A stretch of 64,000 nucleotides of DNA, taken from assembly GCA_900759325.1 (NCBI GenBank), contig CAAEUW010000025.1:16057-80056 (forward strand). The letters run 5' to 3'. Source of the DNA: an uncultured Peptostreptococcus sp. GTDB taxonomy: Bacteria > Bacillota > Clostridia > Peptostreptococcales > Peptostreptococcaceae. Shown one piece after another: positions 11,006 to 20,989 of the stretch. Position 1 is the stretch's first letter. Every line of letters starts with the position of its first letter. A model generated the notes under the pieces. That model did no database searches, was not told the origin of the DNA, and was given only the letters and a program-made list of their open reading frames with translations. The position numbers and the translations under genes are program-made.

Positions 11006-11075
11006 TTGGAATTAAATATGCATAACCAATCAATGATTCTTACCTAAACTTGCTTTTTATAAAGTTTATAGGGGG

Positions 11076-11190
11076 ACTATAGATAAAAGCAGTGGATAAA
11101 AGCTAGAGACAAAGGCTATAAATAAAAGCAATGGTTAAGGGCCACAGATAAAGAATATAGGTAAAGAATATAGAAAAACTATAGGCAAAT
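11076..11190 (+). repeat. Degenerate 13-bp tandem array, about 9 units, consensus near GCTATAGATAAAR
   Basis: Units: ACTATAGATAAAA, GCAGTGGATAAAA, GCTAGAGACAAAG, GCTATAAATAAAA, GCAATGGTTAAGG, GCCACAGATAAAG, AATATAGGTAAAG, AATATAGAAAA, ACTATAGGCAAAT. Confidence 0.7.
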
Positions 11191-11221
11191 GTTGAAAATA
11201 TAGAGTTAAAAGGTGATAATA

Positions 11222-11689
11222 ATGAAGGATATAGATAAGGGGCCAGTCCTTGTATCTGCCTGCCTCCTGGGTATAAAGTGCAAATACAACGGTGGAGACA
11301 ATAAAAATGAAGCTGTCTTAAATTTCCTAGAAGGAAGAGACTTTATTAAGGTTTGTCCAGAATCCATGGGTGGTCTTGAGTCACCCCGTCTACCATCTGA
11401 AGTAGAAGCTGGTTACGATGGTATAGATGTTGTAGAAGGAAGGGCCAGGGTATATGGCAAGGATGGAAGAGATCTGACAGAAGAGTTTTTGAAGGGGGCA
11501 CAAATTTCACTGGACCAGGCTAAAAAACACCAGGTCAGCCTGGCTATTCTAAAGGAGTCCAGCCCATCATGTGGTGGTAACAAGATATATACAGGCAGGT
11601 TTGAAGGCCAGAAGAAGAAAGGACAGGGGGTAACAGCTGCCCTCCTAAGAAAAAATGGTATAAGGGTATTAACAGAAGAAGATCTTTGA
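11222..11689 (+). CDS. DUF523 / TudS-like (2-thiouracil desulfidase family) Fe-S protein
   Basis: VSACLLGxxCKYNG, VCPE, LKESSPSCG and GxGVTAALL. Confidence 0.88.
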   Translation: MKDIDKGPVLVSACLLGIKCKYNGGDNKNEAVLNFLEGRDFIKVCPESMGGLESPRLPSEVEAGYDGIDVVEGRARVYGKDGRDLTEEFLKGAQISLDQAKKHQVSLAILKESSPSCGGNKIYTGRFEGQKKKGQGVTAALLRKNGIRVLTEEDL

Positions 11690-11856
11690 TTTATATATGA
11701 GCCTAATAATCGTTTTTAAAAAGAAGGGGTTAGCAAGAATATAAATAGGAAAAAAACCTTAAAGTATTGAAAAAATAAAAAAAATGGTATATCATATAAT
11801 ATTGAAGAAAGCAGAACAATTATATGACTATAGATAAATTTATTGGAGGAAGACTC

Positions 11857-13557
11857 ATGGCAGATTTTAAAAAGTTGATATCTGAGAGCCTAAAGTCAGA
11901 AATAGAAGACTTGACTCTTGAAGAGATAACAGCCCTTATAGAAGTACCACCAAACAAGGAAATGGGAGATTATGCCTTCCCTTGTTTCAAGCTAGCAAAG
12001 ATATTTAGAAAGGCTCCAAATGCAATAGCAGAGGACTTGGCAGGTAAGATTCAGCCAACAGATGATATAAATAAAATTATAAACCTAGGAGGCTATGTAA
12101 ATTTCTTTGTAAATAGGGAAAGTCTAGCCAAGAAGGTAATTAACCAGGTTTTAACTGAAAAGGAAAATTACGGTAAAAGTGAATTTGGTAAGGGTAAGAC
12201 TGTAGTAGTAGAGTTTTCATCTCCAAATATAGCAAAACCTTTCCATATAGGTCACGTAAGGACTACTGTAATCGGTAACGCCCTAAGCAAGATTTACGCT
12301 TCACAGGGCTACCATGTTGAAAAGCTAAACCACTTAGGTGACTATGGTACCCAGTTTGGTAAGCTAATAGTTGCCTACAAGCTGTGGGGTGACAAGCAGG
12401 CGGTGGAAAATGATCCAATAAAGGAATTATTAAAATTATATATTAGGTTCCATGACGAGGCTGAAACTAAGCCAGAAATGGAAGATGAAGCAAGAGAATG
12501 GTTCACTAAGCTAGAAAATGGTGATGAAGAGGCCAAAGAACTATGGCAGTGGTTTAGGGATGAAAGTTTGAAGGAATTTTCAAGAGTTTACAAGTTGTTA
12601 GACATAGACTTTGACTCATATGTTGGAGAATCTTTCTACTCAGACAAGATGCCAGCAGTAATAAAAGAATTGAAGGAAAAAAATCTATTGGAAGAATCTG
12701 ATGGTGCCATGATAGTAAATCTAGAAGATAGCAAGCTACCACCAGCCCTTATACAGAAGAGGGACGGTTCTACACTTTATCTAACAAGAGACCTAGCGTC
12801 TGCCTTCTACAGAAAGAAGCTATATGACTTTGACAAGTCTATATATGTAGTAGGCTCGCAGCAGGAGCTACATTTCAAGCAGTGCTTTGAAATAATTAAG
12901 AGGATGGGCTATGAATGGTATAAGGATATGATTCATGTTCAATTTGGTATGGTTGCCCTAGAAGAGGGAACTATGTCAACTAGAAAGGGAAGGGTAGTCT
13001 TCCTTGAAGATGTTCTAAACCAGGCTATAGATAGGACTAGACAGATAATTGAAGAAAAAAATCCAGAAGCAGAAAATATAGATGAGGTTGCAAAGGCAGT
13101 AGGTGTAGGTGCTGTAGTCTTCCAGGAACTATCTAATAGCAGGATTAAGGACTACACATTCTCATGGGATAGGACACTTAGCTTTGAAGGTGAGACTGGA
13201 CCATATGTTCAGTATACACATGCTAGGTGTTGTGCTGTGCTAAGAAAGGCTGACCAGCCAGTAAGTGCAGACATTAATTATGAACTCCTATCTGACCAGG
13301 ATGCAGCAGATGTTCTAAGTGTATTAGAAAACTTCAACAAGAGTTTAATGACTGCTATGAAGAAGAACGAGCCACATATAGTGACTAGGTTTGTACTTGA
13401 CCTAGCTCAGGCCTTCAACAAGTTCTACCACAACAGTCCAATATTGGTTGACGATGCAGACCTAAGGGCAGCAAGACTAGCCCTAGTTGAAGCGACTAGA
13501 CAGACAATAGAAAATGCCCTAAAGATTTTAGGTATGAAGGCTCCTCAGAAGATGTAG
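11857..13557 (+). CDS. argS: Arginine--tRNA ligase
   Basis: SSPNIAKPFHIGH, GDYGTQFG, MSTRKG and YVQYTHAR. Confidence 0.97.
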   Translation: MADFKKLISESLKSEIEDLTLEEITALIEVPPNKEMGDYAFPCFKLAKIFRKAPNAIAEDLAGKIQPTDDINKIINLGGYVNFFVNRESLAKKVINQVLTEKENYGKSEFGKGKTVVVEFSSPNIAKPFHIGHVRTTVIGNALSKIYASQGYHVEKLNHLGDYGTQFGKLIVAYKLWGDKQAVENDPIKELLKLYIRFHDEAETKPEMEDEAREWFTKLENGDEEAKELWQWFRDESLKEFSRVYKLLDIDFDSYVGESFYSDKMPAVIKELKEKNLLEESDGAMIVNLEDSKLPPALIQKRDGSTLYLTRDLASAFYRKKLYDFDKSIYVVGSQQELHFKQCFEIIKRMGYEWYKDMIHVQFGMVALEEGTMSTRKGRVVFLEDVLNQAIDRTRQIIEEKNPEAENIDEVAKAVGVGAVVFQELSNSRIKDYTFSWDRTLSFEGETGPYVQYTHARCCAVLRKADQPVSADINYELLSDQDAADVLSVLENFNKSLMTAMKKNEPHIVTRFVLDLAQAFNKFYHNSPILVDDADLRAARLALVEATRQTIENALKILGMKAPQKM

Positions 13558-13683
13558 GGAGGGGCGAGAGCCGGCTTAAATTGCTAGGCTGTCTCTGTGT
13601 GAGATAGTTAAAAGCTAAACAAGTTTTAAATGTGTAAATCAATCATTTTGATTTAAATAAAAAATTTTAGGAGGTATTATAAA

Positions 13684-15138
13684 ATGACTACTTTTATAAT
13701 TGGATTAGTTATACTAATTGCTGGTGGCTTAGCCTATGGTAAAGTCTGTGAAAAAGTCTTCGGACCAGATGATAGACCAACTCCAGCTGTTAGTATCAAC
13801 GACGGTGTAGACTATGTTCCTATGAAGCAGAGCAAGAATGCACTTATTGAATTACTTAATATTGCAGGTACAGGCCCAATCCTAGGACCTATCCAGGGTA
13901 TCCTATTTGGACCTATAGCATTCCTATTGATACCAATAGGTTGTGTACTTGGTGGAGCAATGCATGACTATTTCTCTGGTATGATTTCTATCAGATCTAA
14001 TGGTAAGCAGATGCCAGCACTTATTCAGGACCACCTAGGTAACAAGGTTTATAAGGTATATAATATCTTCATAATCCTTCTAATGGTTCTAGTTGGTGCC
14101 GTATTTATCTATACACCAGGAGACCTTGTAGTTGCCAGTGTATTAAAGCAGCAGGCAGTAAGCTCAAACCCAGTAGTTTGGGTAGTATATGCGATTATAT
14201 TCTTCTACTACTTAGCAGCTACTCTATTCCCAATAGACAAGATAATCGGTAGAATTTACCCAATATTTGGTGCAGTTCTATTATTATCAGCAGTTGGTAT
14301 ATTCTTTGGCCTATTCTTCAAGGGATATCACCTAGATAATGTAACTGCAGCTAACTGGATGGGTACACATCCTAAGGGAACTCCATTACTACCAATATTC
14401 TTCGTAACAGTTGCATGTGGTATAGTTTCAGGATTCCACTCAACTCAGGCTACACTAATTGGTAGATCTGTTTCAGATGAAAGAGAAGGTAGAAAGACTT
14501 TCTATGACATGATGATACTAGAAGGTTTCATCGCTATGATCTGGGCAGCAGCAGCTATGGGTATCTACTATAAGGGTGTTCCAGCAGAATTAGTTGGTAA
14601 GCCAGCTATCATAGGTATGGTTGCTAACGACATGCTTGGTTCTATAGGTGGTCTAATTGCCGTAATCGGTGTTATCGTATTACCTATAACATCAGGAGAT
14701 ACAGCACTTAGAGCGGCTAGATTGATGATAGCGGATGCTATAGGATATGACCAGTCTGAGGCTAAGAACAGAATAATACTATCAATCTGTATATTCATAC
14801 CAGTTATAGCAATCCTTATATTCGCTAAGTTAAACTCAGAAGGATTCAACGTATTATGGCAGTATTTCGCATGGGCTAACCAGACTATAGCAGTATTCGC
14901 ATTTGCTATGATCTCATTATACCTATACAAGCTAAAGAAGCCATACATCATGAGCTTAATACCAGGTATGTTCTATACTTATATCATATCTACATACCTA
15001 CTAAATGCTAAGATAGGTTTCAACCTACCACTTAACATTGCTACTATAGCAGGTATAGTAATAGCTTTCGTTTATGCTTACTTAATCATAAGAACAGGTA
15101 AGAAGGCTTTATCAAGCTCAGAAAGATTAGAAGCTTAA
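13684..15138 (+). CDS. cstA: Carbon starvation CstA family transporter
   Basis: DGVDYVP, IAGTGPILGP, HDY, ACGIVSGFHSTQ and TSGDTALR; many TM helices. Confidence 0.9.
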   Translation: MTTFIIGLVILIAGGLAYGKVCEKVFGPDDRPTPAVSINDGVDYVPMKQSKNALIELLNIAGTGPILGPIQGILFGPIAFLLIPIGCVLGGAMHDYFSGMISIRSNGKQMPALIQDHLGNKVYKVYNIFIILLMVLVGAVFIYTPGDLVVASVLKQQAVSSNPVVWVVYAIIFFYYLAATLFPIDKIIGRIYPIFGAVLLLSAVGIFFGLFFKGYHLDNVTAANWMGTHPKGTPLLPIFFVTVACGIVSGFHSTQATLIGRSVSDEREGRKTFYDMMILEGFIAMIWAAAAMGIYYKGVPAELVGKPAIIGMVANDMLGSIGGLIAVIGVIVLPITSGDTALRAARLMIADAIGYDQSEAKNRIILSICIFIPVIAILIFAKLNSEGFNVLWQYFAWANQTIAVFAFAMISLYLYKLKKPYIMSLIPGMFYTYIISTYLLNAKIGFNLPLNIATIAGIVIAFVYAYLIIRTGKKALSSSERLEA

Positions 15139-15159
15139 TCTTAAATAGTTGATTAATAC

Positions 15160-15207
15160 AAAAAGACTTTGCCGGTAACCCAAGTGTTACCGGACAAAGT
15201 CTTTTTT
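15160..15207. terminator. Bidirectional terminator after cstA
   Basis: AAAAAGACTTTGCCGGTAAC...GTTACCGGACAAAGTCTTTTTT. Confidence 0.85.
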
Positions 15208-15455
15208 TAATCTATATTATTTTCTAAATTGCTATCTACATCATCTGTATCATCGTCTATATATTCAAGTATATCACCTGGCTGGCAATCCAGAGCCTTA
15301 CAAATATCATTCAGGGTAGAAAATCTTATAGCACGAGCCTTGCCTGTCTTTAGTATTGATAGGTTGGCACTGGTAATACCTATGGTCATAGCCAAGTCCT
15401 TGGAGCTGATACCTTTTTTTAGCAGGACTAGGTCTAAATTTATTTTTATTGACAT
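15207..15455 (-). CDS. YozG-like Cro/C1 HTH transcriptional regulator
   Basis: IGITSANLSILKTGKARAIRFSTL...CQPGDILEY is the YozG signature. Confidence 0.9.
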   Translation of the reverse strand: MSIKINLDLVLLKKGISSKDLAMTIGITSANLSILKTGKARAIRFSTLNDICKALDCQPGDILEYIDDDTDDVDSNLENNID

Positions 15456-15469
15456 ATTGCAAGCCCCTC

Positions 15470-15982
15470 CTATATTGTTAAATCGTAGTCTTCCTTCATT
15501 TTGATTATACCTATAAAGATCTTGTGGAAAACATAAAATAAGCAGGCTAATATAAAAAGTGAAAAAATCAAGCTACTAAAATTACTTACAGTAAATATAA
15601 TCCCATGTCTGTCTATGAAAAACGAGTATATTAATAGGCATATAAATAAGATTGAAAAGGAACGATATAAGAATTGCAAACGCCCAGCATTTTTTAAGTT
15701 TAATGGATTTGACTTTTTAATAGTCGAATTTATTCTAACTAGCTTAAATAGTACACAAGAGACAACTAGCATAACAGTTAATTCAAAAAGAATAGAATAT
15801 ATATTAGAATAAGTTTCTATCATACCTACAGAATCAGCAAAAAAAGCAATAAAATATGCCGTAGTAATTATTACATTAGAAATTAAAAAAGAATATAAAA
15901 AGTAAATTAAAATGATTCTTTGAATTTTATTTATTTGATTAGGTTTTTGATAAGAACCTTGTTTATTTATATTATTATTCAT
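15470..15982 (-). CDS. DUF2975-like membrane protein
   Basis: About 4 TM helices, C-terminal KEDYDLTI, directly upstream of the YozG-like gene. Confidence 0.7.
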   Translation of the reverse strand: MNNNINKQGSYQKPNQINKIQRIILIYFLYSFLISNVIITTAYFIAFFADSVGMIETYSNIYSILFELTVMLVVSCVLFKLVRINSTIKKSNPLNLKNAGRLQFLYRSFSILFICLLIYSFFIDRHGIIFTVSNFSSLIFSLFILACLFYVFHKIFIGIIKMKEDYDLTI

Positions 15983-16060
15983 AGTAGACGCTCCTTTTAT
16001 AGGTTAAAATTTATATATTAGTTTATAAAATAAATAGTTGTATTAGGTGTAGAGTTTTAA

Positions 16061-16528
16061 TTAAATTATATAGTCAGATTCATCTTTAATCCTAACAATT
16101 TCAGTCAGTATATCTCCTAAGATAAGTGTAGAGAAACATAATGTAAAGAATAAGAGAGATACTACATCGATAGTTAATCCCATAAATGTAAACATTCCAT
16201 CTATACCTCTATACGTATCTATAAACATCGTAGTTGCAGACATGATAAAAAAGACAAGTGAAGTACATTTTAACAAGCTGACTACTTTCATTGAAAATGG
16301 ATTGATTCTTATTTGGCTAAAAATCATAAAAGTTAGAATAAAAGCAATAAGGCTAGCTACAAAAAAAATCAAATATGTTACTTTAAATGGAAGGTCTTTT
16401 TCTACACTAGTTGGATTTAAAAGTGACTTTAAATCTTCTATAAAAAATAAAACCCAAGCGAGCATTAAAAATAATAGTATAATTTGGATACAAAAAATTT
16501 TTTTGTTGCTAAAAATTTGGTCCATCAT
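16061..16528 (-). CDS. Second DUF2975-like membrane protein
   Basis: About 4 TM helices, NPFS motif, C-terminal IKDESDYII; RBS AGGAG. Confidence 0.65.
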   Translation of the reverse strand: MMDQIFSNKKIFCIQIILLFLMLAWVLFFIEDLKSLLNPTSVEKDLPFKVTYLIFFVASLIAFILTFMIFSQIRINPFSMKVVSLLKCTSLVFFIMSATTMFIDTYRGIDGMFTFMGLTIDVVSLLFFTLCFSTLILGDILTEIVRIKDESDYII

Positions 16529-16578
16529 AAAAATTCTCCTTGTCATATAATTGATAAAATAAAATACTGCTTACCTAA

Positions 16579-16611
16579 ATTATAGGGCCAAAATTATTGA
16601 AAGTCAATAAT
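16579..16611 (-). promoter_or_regulatory. SigA promoter overlapped by a palindromic operator candidate
   Basis: Minus-strand TTGACT(16607-16602)-N17-TATAAT(16584-16579); ATTATTGA-AAG-TCAATAAT at 16593-16611 covers the -35. Confidence 0.75.
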
Positions 16612-16896
16612 AAATTATCGAAAATAAATAATTTACTTCCTAAGCCTATGTTAATAAAAGCCATGCATAATGGAAGATAATTTTTGTGATAAAACAAAAC
16701 TATAAGGATATTTTTCATAAGTTATATTAATTGAAAAAATAAGAAGGTAAAATTTGCAGTAAAATACCATTAAGAAGCATATTTTTACAAAAAATACCAA
16801 TAAGTTCTATGTTTTTGGGTAATTGTATTGAAAATAGGTATAAATAAAGTATATAATAAGAATACATTTAAATTTATAGTTTGAAAGGAGTAAGCT

Positions 16897-19320
16897 ATGA
16901 GTAAATTAGACGATAAGATAGATGAAATAGAAGTTACTGAGTCTGAAAAGAAAAAAAAGCAGGCAAAGGGCAAGGATGTAATAATATTCAAGGATAGGAT
17001 AGAGATGCCAATGATCCCTTTGAGGGGGATATCAATCTCTCCATGTATATTACAGTCATTTGATATAGGAAGGTTAAACTCTATAGAGAGTTTTGAGCTA
17101 TCAATGTTAAATGATGAGAAGATATTCCTTGTTAGTCAGATAGATTCTAGTATAGAAAATCCAACAATTGATGACATATATACAATTGGTACAATATGTA
17201 GCATCAAGCAGGTTATTAGGACTTCTGATACCTCTATTAGGGTTTTGGTAGAGGGTATTGAGAGGGCTAGACTTGAGTCTATGAGGATAGATGAAAATGA
17301 TGCCTGGATGGGTGAAATCACACCTATAGAATTCGATGAAGAAAACTTTACTAAGGAAGAAAAGACAAGACTAGAGGCCTATTCAAGAAGGCTGCTAAGG
17401 GGCTTTGAGGAGTACCTAAGTATAGCGGCTGATGTTCCTACTGACGCTGCCATGGACCTTTCAGATGCTGAAGGATATTCTATGATAGTTGATATCGTAG
17501 CATCAAGCCTATTCTTGAAGTTTAGTGATAGGCAGAAGGTATTGGTTACACTTGATATTGAGGAAAGGATGAGGCTATTATATGACTACCTACTAGAGGA
17601 GTTAGAGGTAATCAAGATAGACAAGAAAATACATAATAATGTCAGAAAGCAGATGAACAAGATCCAGAAGGACTACTACCTTAGGGAACAGCTAAAGGCT
17701 ATCCAGAAGGAACTTGGCGATATCAGTGATGATGGCCAGGAAAACCAGTATAGGTCCAAGCTAGATGAATTAAAAATCTCTGATGAGACTCGTGAGAAGA
17801 TTGAAAAGGAGATTGAAAAGCTGGAAAGGACACCATCTAATTCTCCTGACTATAGTATTTCAAAGAATTACTTGGACACTATCTTCTCCCTACCATGGAA
17901 CAAGGAGTCTAGAAACAGGTTTGATATAAATAAGTCTGAAAAAATACTAAATGAAGACCATTATGGCCTGGATGATGTTAAGGACAGGATACTTGAGTAT
18001 TTGGCAGTAAGGAAGCAGTCAAAGAATATGAAGGCTCCTATCATATGTCTGGCAGGACCTCCAGGGGTTGGTAAGACATCAATTGCCAAGTCTGTTGCTA
18101 GGGCAATAGGCAGACCTTTTATCAGGATATCACTTGGTGGTGTAAGGGATGAGGCTGAAATCAGGGGTCACAGAAGAACCTATATTGGGGCCATACCAGG
18201 TAGAATTATTAATGCCATGAAGGAGGCCAAGTCTAAAAATCCGGTAATCCTACTAGATGAAATTGACAAGATGTCTAGTGACTTTAAGGGAGACCCGACA
18301 TCTGCAATGTTGGAAGTATTGGATCCAGAACAGAATAAGTACTTTGTAGACCACTATTTAGAGCTACCATTTGACCTATCAAAGGTAATGTTTATAACAA
18401 CTGCAAATGACCTAAGACAGATACCTAGGCCACTACTTGACAGGATGGAAGTTATAGACATTGAAGGATATATAGAAGAGGAAAAGCTAGAAATAGTTAA
18501 GAGATATATATTGAAGAAGCAGGTCAAGGAAAATGGCCTAACTAAGGGTTTTATCACTATTGATGACGATGTAATCAAGTTTATCATCAGTAGGTACACT
18601 AGGGAGTCCGGTGTAAGACAGCTAGAGCGTACAATTGCCAAACTATGCAGGAAGGTTGTCAAGGAAATGGTTGGAAATCCAAATATGAAGCCAATCAACT
18701 TGACTAAGGAAAAGGTGGTAGAGTACCTAGGAACTGAAAAGTTCAAGGAGGAGCCACTAGACCTTAATCCTCAGGTTGGTGTAGTAAATGGTCTAGCCTG
18801 GACAGCTGTAGGTGGAGTTACCCTAGAGGTAGAGGTTAGTGCCCTGCCAGGAAAGGGTGGTATAGTACTAACAGGTATGATGGGTGATGTCATGAAGGAA
18901 TCTGCTAGAACTGGTATTTCATATATAAGGTCTATAGCAGACAAGCTGGGTATACCAGCTGACTTCCACAAGGATAAGGATATACATATCCATATACCAG
19001 AGGGAGCTACTCCTAAGGATGGTCCATCTGCAGGTATTACTATGACCCTAGCAACTATATCTGCCCTAACAGACAGGCCGGTACCAGGTAATATAGCCAT
19101 GACTGGTGAAATTACCCTACGTGGTAGAGTATTGCCAGTCGGTGGTGTAAGAGAAAAGGTCCTAGCTGCTTACAGGATGGGTATCAGAAAGATTATCCTA
19201 CCTAAGGACTGCAAGGCTGATATCGACAAGATACCAGAAAATGTAAGGCAGGATATAGAATTTGTATTAGTAGAGACTATGGACCAAGTGATTGACATAG
19301 CCTTGATGGAAAAAGAGTAG
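16897..19320 (+). CDS. lon: ATP-dependent protease La
   Basis: GPPGVGKTS, GHRRTYIGA, DEIDK; catalytic PKDGPSAG and GGVREK. Confidence 0.97.
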   Translation: MSKLDDKIDEIEVTESEKKKKQAKGKDVIIFKDRIEMPMIPLRGISISPCILQSFDIGRLNSIESFELSMLNDEKIFLVSQIDSSIENPTIDDIYTIGTICSIKQVIRTSDTSIRVLVEGIERARLESMRIDENDAWMGEITPIEFDEENFTKEEKTRLEAYSRRLLRGFEEYLSIAADVPTDAAMDLSDAEGYSMIVDIVASSLFLKFSDRQKVLVTLDIEERMRLLYDYLLEELEVIKIDKKIHNNVRKQMNKIQKDYYLREQLKAIQKELGDISDDGQENQYRSKLDELKISDETREKIEKEIEKLERTPSNSPDYSISKNYLDTIFSLPWNKESRNRFDINKSEKILNEDHYGLDDVKDRILEYLAVRKQSKNMKAPIICLAGPPGVGKTSIAKSVARAIGRPFIRISLGGVRDEAEIRGHRRTYIGAIPGRIINAMKEAKSKNPVILLDEIDKMSSDFKGDPTSAMLEVLDPEQNKYFVDHYLELPFDLSKVMFITTANDLRQIPRPLLDRMEVIDIEGYIEEEKLEIVKRYILKKQVKENGLTKGFITIDDDVIKFIISRYTRESGVRQLERTIAKLCRKVVKEMVGNPNMKPINLTKEKVVEYLGTEKFKEEPLDLNPQVGVVNGLAWTAVGGVTLEVEVSALPGKGGIVLTGMMGDVMKESARTGISYIRSIADKLGIPADFHKDKDIHIHIPEGATPKDGPSAGITMTLATISALTDRPVPGNIAMTGEITLRGRVLPVGGVREKVLAAYRMGIRKIILPKDCKADIDKIPENVRQDIEFVLVETMDQVIDIALMEKE

Positions 19321-19329
19321 GTTACCAAT

Positions 19330-20052
19330 ATGGCTAAAAATAATACCAAGAAAAAGAATAATAAAAAGACTTTGACAAGTCCTCCCCAGTATTATAAGAG
19401 CCGCCAAAGTGAGGTTCCAACTGAGGAGATAATGAAGATTAGGAGTGCTGAAATCACTATGAGCGCCGTTAACAAAAGCCAGTATCCAGCCGAGGGTATA
19501 CCAGAGATAGCCCTAGCAGGTAGGTCTAATGTTGGCAAGTCCTCACTGATTAATGGTCTTCTAAATAGGAGGACCTTTGCTAGAACATCTTCAACACCTG
19601 GTAAGACGAGGACTATAAATTTCTACCTAATAAATAATGAGTTCTACTTTGTAGACCTGCCAGGATATGGATATGCCAAGGTGTCTAAGACAGAAAAGGA
19701 AAAGTGGGGTGGCATCATGGAACGCTACCTAGAGGACAGGAAAGAGTTGTGTGCTATCTTTCTCCTAGTTGATGTAAGGCATGAACCGACAGCAGATGAC
19801 CAGATGATGTACGACTGGATCAAGCACTTTGGTTATGACTGTGTAGTAGTTGCTACTAAGGCAGATAAGATAACCAGGGGTCAGTACCAAAAGCATGAAG
19901 CCATCATAAGAAGGACTCTAAACATGGACAAGGATGACAAGGTTATAATTACATCTTCATCCAAGAAAAATGGTCTAGAGGACCTTTGGGAGACAATAGT
20001 AGCCCAGTATGAAAAATATGGCTACCAGATTACATATGAAAAAATGGTATAG
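19330..20052 (+). CDS. engB: Ribosome biogenesis GTPase YihA/YsxC (alternative start 19432)
   Basis: GRSNVGKSS, DLPGYGY and TKADK; follows lon. Confidence 0.95.
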   Translation: MAKNNTKKKNNKKTLTSPPQYYKSRQSEVPTEEIMKIRSAEITMSAVNKSQYPAEGIPEIALAGRSNVGKSSLINGLLNRRTFARTSSTPGKTRTINFYLINNEFYFVDLPGYGYAKVSKTEKEKWGGIMERYLEDRKELCAIFLLVDVRHEPTADDQMMYDWIKHFGYDCVVVATKADKITRGQYQKHEAIIRRTLNMDKDDKVIITSSSKKNGLEDLWETIVAQYEKYGYQITYEKMV

Positions 20053-20112
20053 GTTATGCCTAGGCCAAATATAAACTAAAAATAGAAAAAAGGAAATACC
20101 ACTTATTTACTA

Positions 20113-20150
20113 AAAATAACCCGGATTAGGAGCCTAATCCGGGTTATTTT
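20113..20150. terminator. Bidirectional terminator between engB and hpt
   Basis: Perfect inverted repeat AAAATAACCCGGATTAGG-AG-CCTAATCCGGGTTATTTT. Confidence 0.85.
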
Positions 20151-20216
20151 AACGATATTTTAGTATTTTATGTATGAAATTTATGATAAGACAAACTTTA
20201 GCTAGTCTGTTTTTTC

Positions 20217-20762
20217 CTACAATGGTTCATCAGTAACATTGAATATATAAGGGACATTCCTATACATATCTTCAAAATCAAAGCCATAGCCAACTACGAA
20301 CTTGTCCTCTATAGTAAAACCAATATAATCAGGTACAAATTCTACCTGCCTCCTACTAGGCTTGTCTAAAAGAACGCATGTCTTAAGACTCTTAGGATTT
20401 TTTCTTGCTATATGCTTGTAAACAAAGTCCATTGTATTGGCTGTATCAGCTATGTCATCAAGAAGGATAACATCATACTGGCTTAGGTCGTCTATTGTAA
20501 TATCTGACTGGACCTTAACCCTTCCACTAGAATCTGTGGAGTCACCGTAGCTTGATGTAGTCATAAAGTTGACTTTTAGCCTTGGTAGGTCTATTGCCCT
20601 CACTAAGTCTGCACAAAAGATAAAGCTTCCCTTAAGTAGGGATATAACTAGTGGTTTCTTGTCCTGATAGTCATTTTTTAATTGCTGACCAAGCTCTTTA
20701 ATTCTAGCCTCTAGGGCTTCCTGGTCATACATAATTTCCCATTTTCTTTCTTCTATATTCAT
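20217..20762 (-). CDS. hpt: Hypoxanthine phosphoribosyltransferase
   Basis: LLKGSFIF, SSYG, LLDDIADTANT, LLDKPSRR and FVVGYGFD. Confidence 0.93.
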   Translation of the reverse strand: MNIEERKWEIMYDQEALEARIKELGQQLKNDYQDKKPLVISLLKGSFIFCADLVRAIDLPRLKVNFMTTSSYGDSTDSSGRVKVQSDITIDDLSQYDVILLDDIADTANTMDFVYKHIARKNPKSLKTCVLLDKPSRRQVEFVPDYIGFTIEDKFVVGYGFDFEDMYRNVPYIFNVTDEPL

Positions 20763-20888
20763 TGCAACCTCCATATACTTGCTTTCATGATGAATCAATA
20801 TAATAATATTATAGCATACTTTCTATTTGTCGGAATATATCCATTAAAATTAAAAGAGGATATATGGGAGAAAAGGATAAAATAGATA

Positions 20889-20920
20889 TTGACAGGATAT
20901 ATTCAAATATTGTAATATAT
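20889..20920 (+). promoter_or_regulatory. Promoter with imperfect palindrome, putative ArsR operator
   Basis: TTGACA at 20889; ATATATTCAAATATTGTAATATAT (20897-20920) covers the spacer and -10. Confidence 0.55.
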
Positions 20921-20989
20921 AGATATACAGAAAAAAGACACATAAAAAGAATAATTTATAAGAGTATATATAGATATGGAGGTGAATCT

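Noticed and set aside
11076..11190. Possible CRISPR array or iterons
   Set aside because: Units are 13 bp, degenerate and contiguous, with no spacers and no cas or rep gene.
11690..11856. T-box leader for argS
   Set aside because: No GGTGGTACC-type T-box or terminator; promoter-like elements sit too close to the start codon.
15540..16890. Mobile element or genomic island boundaries around the AT-rich islet
   Set aside because: No transposase, integrase, tRNA site or flanking direct repeats are visible; only composition differs.
20864..20989. N-terminal extensions in the ORF track (ArsR, also yigZ 25083, sigma 51239, pbuX 62469)
   Set aside because: They run through promoter or terminator sequence; RBS-supported starts lie downstream.
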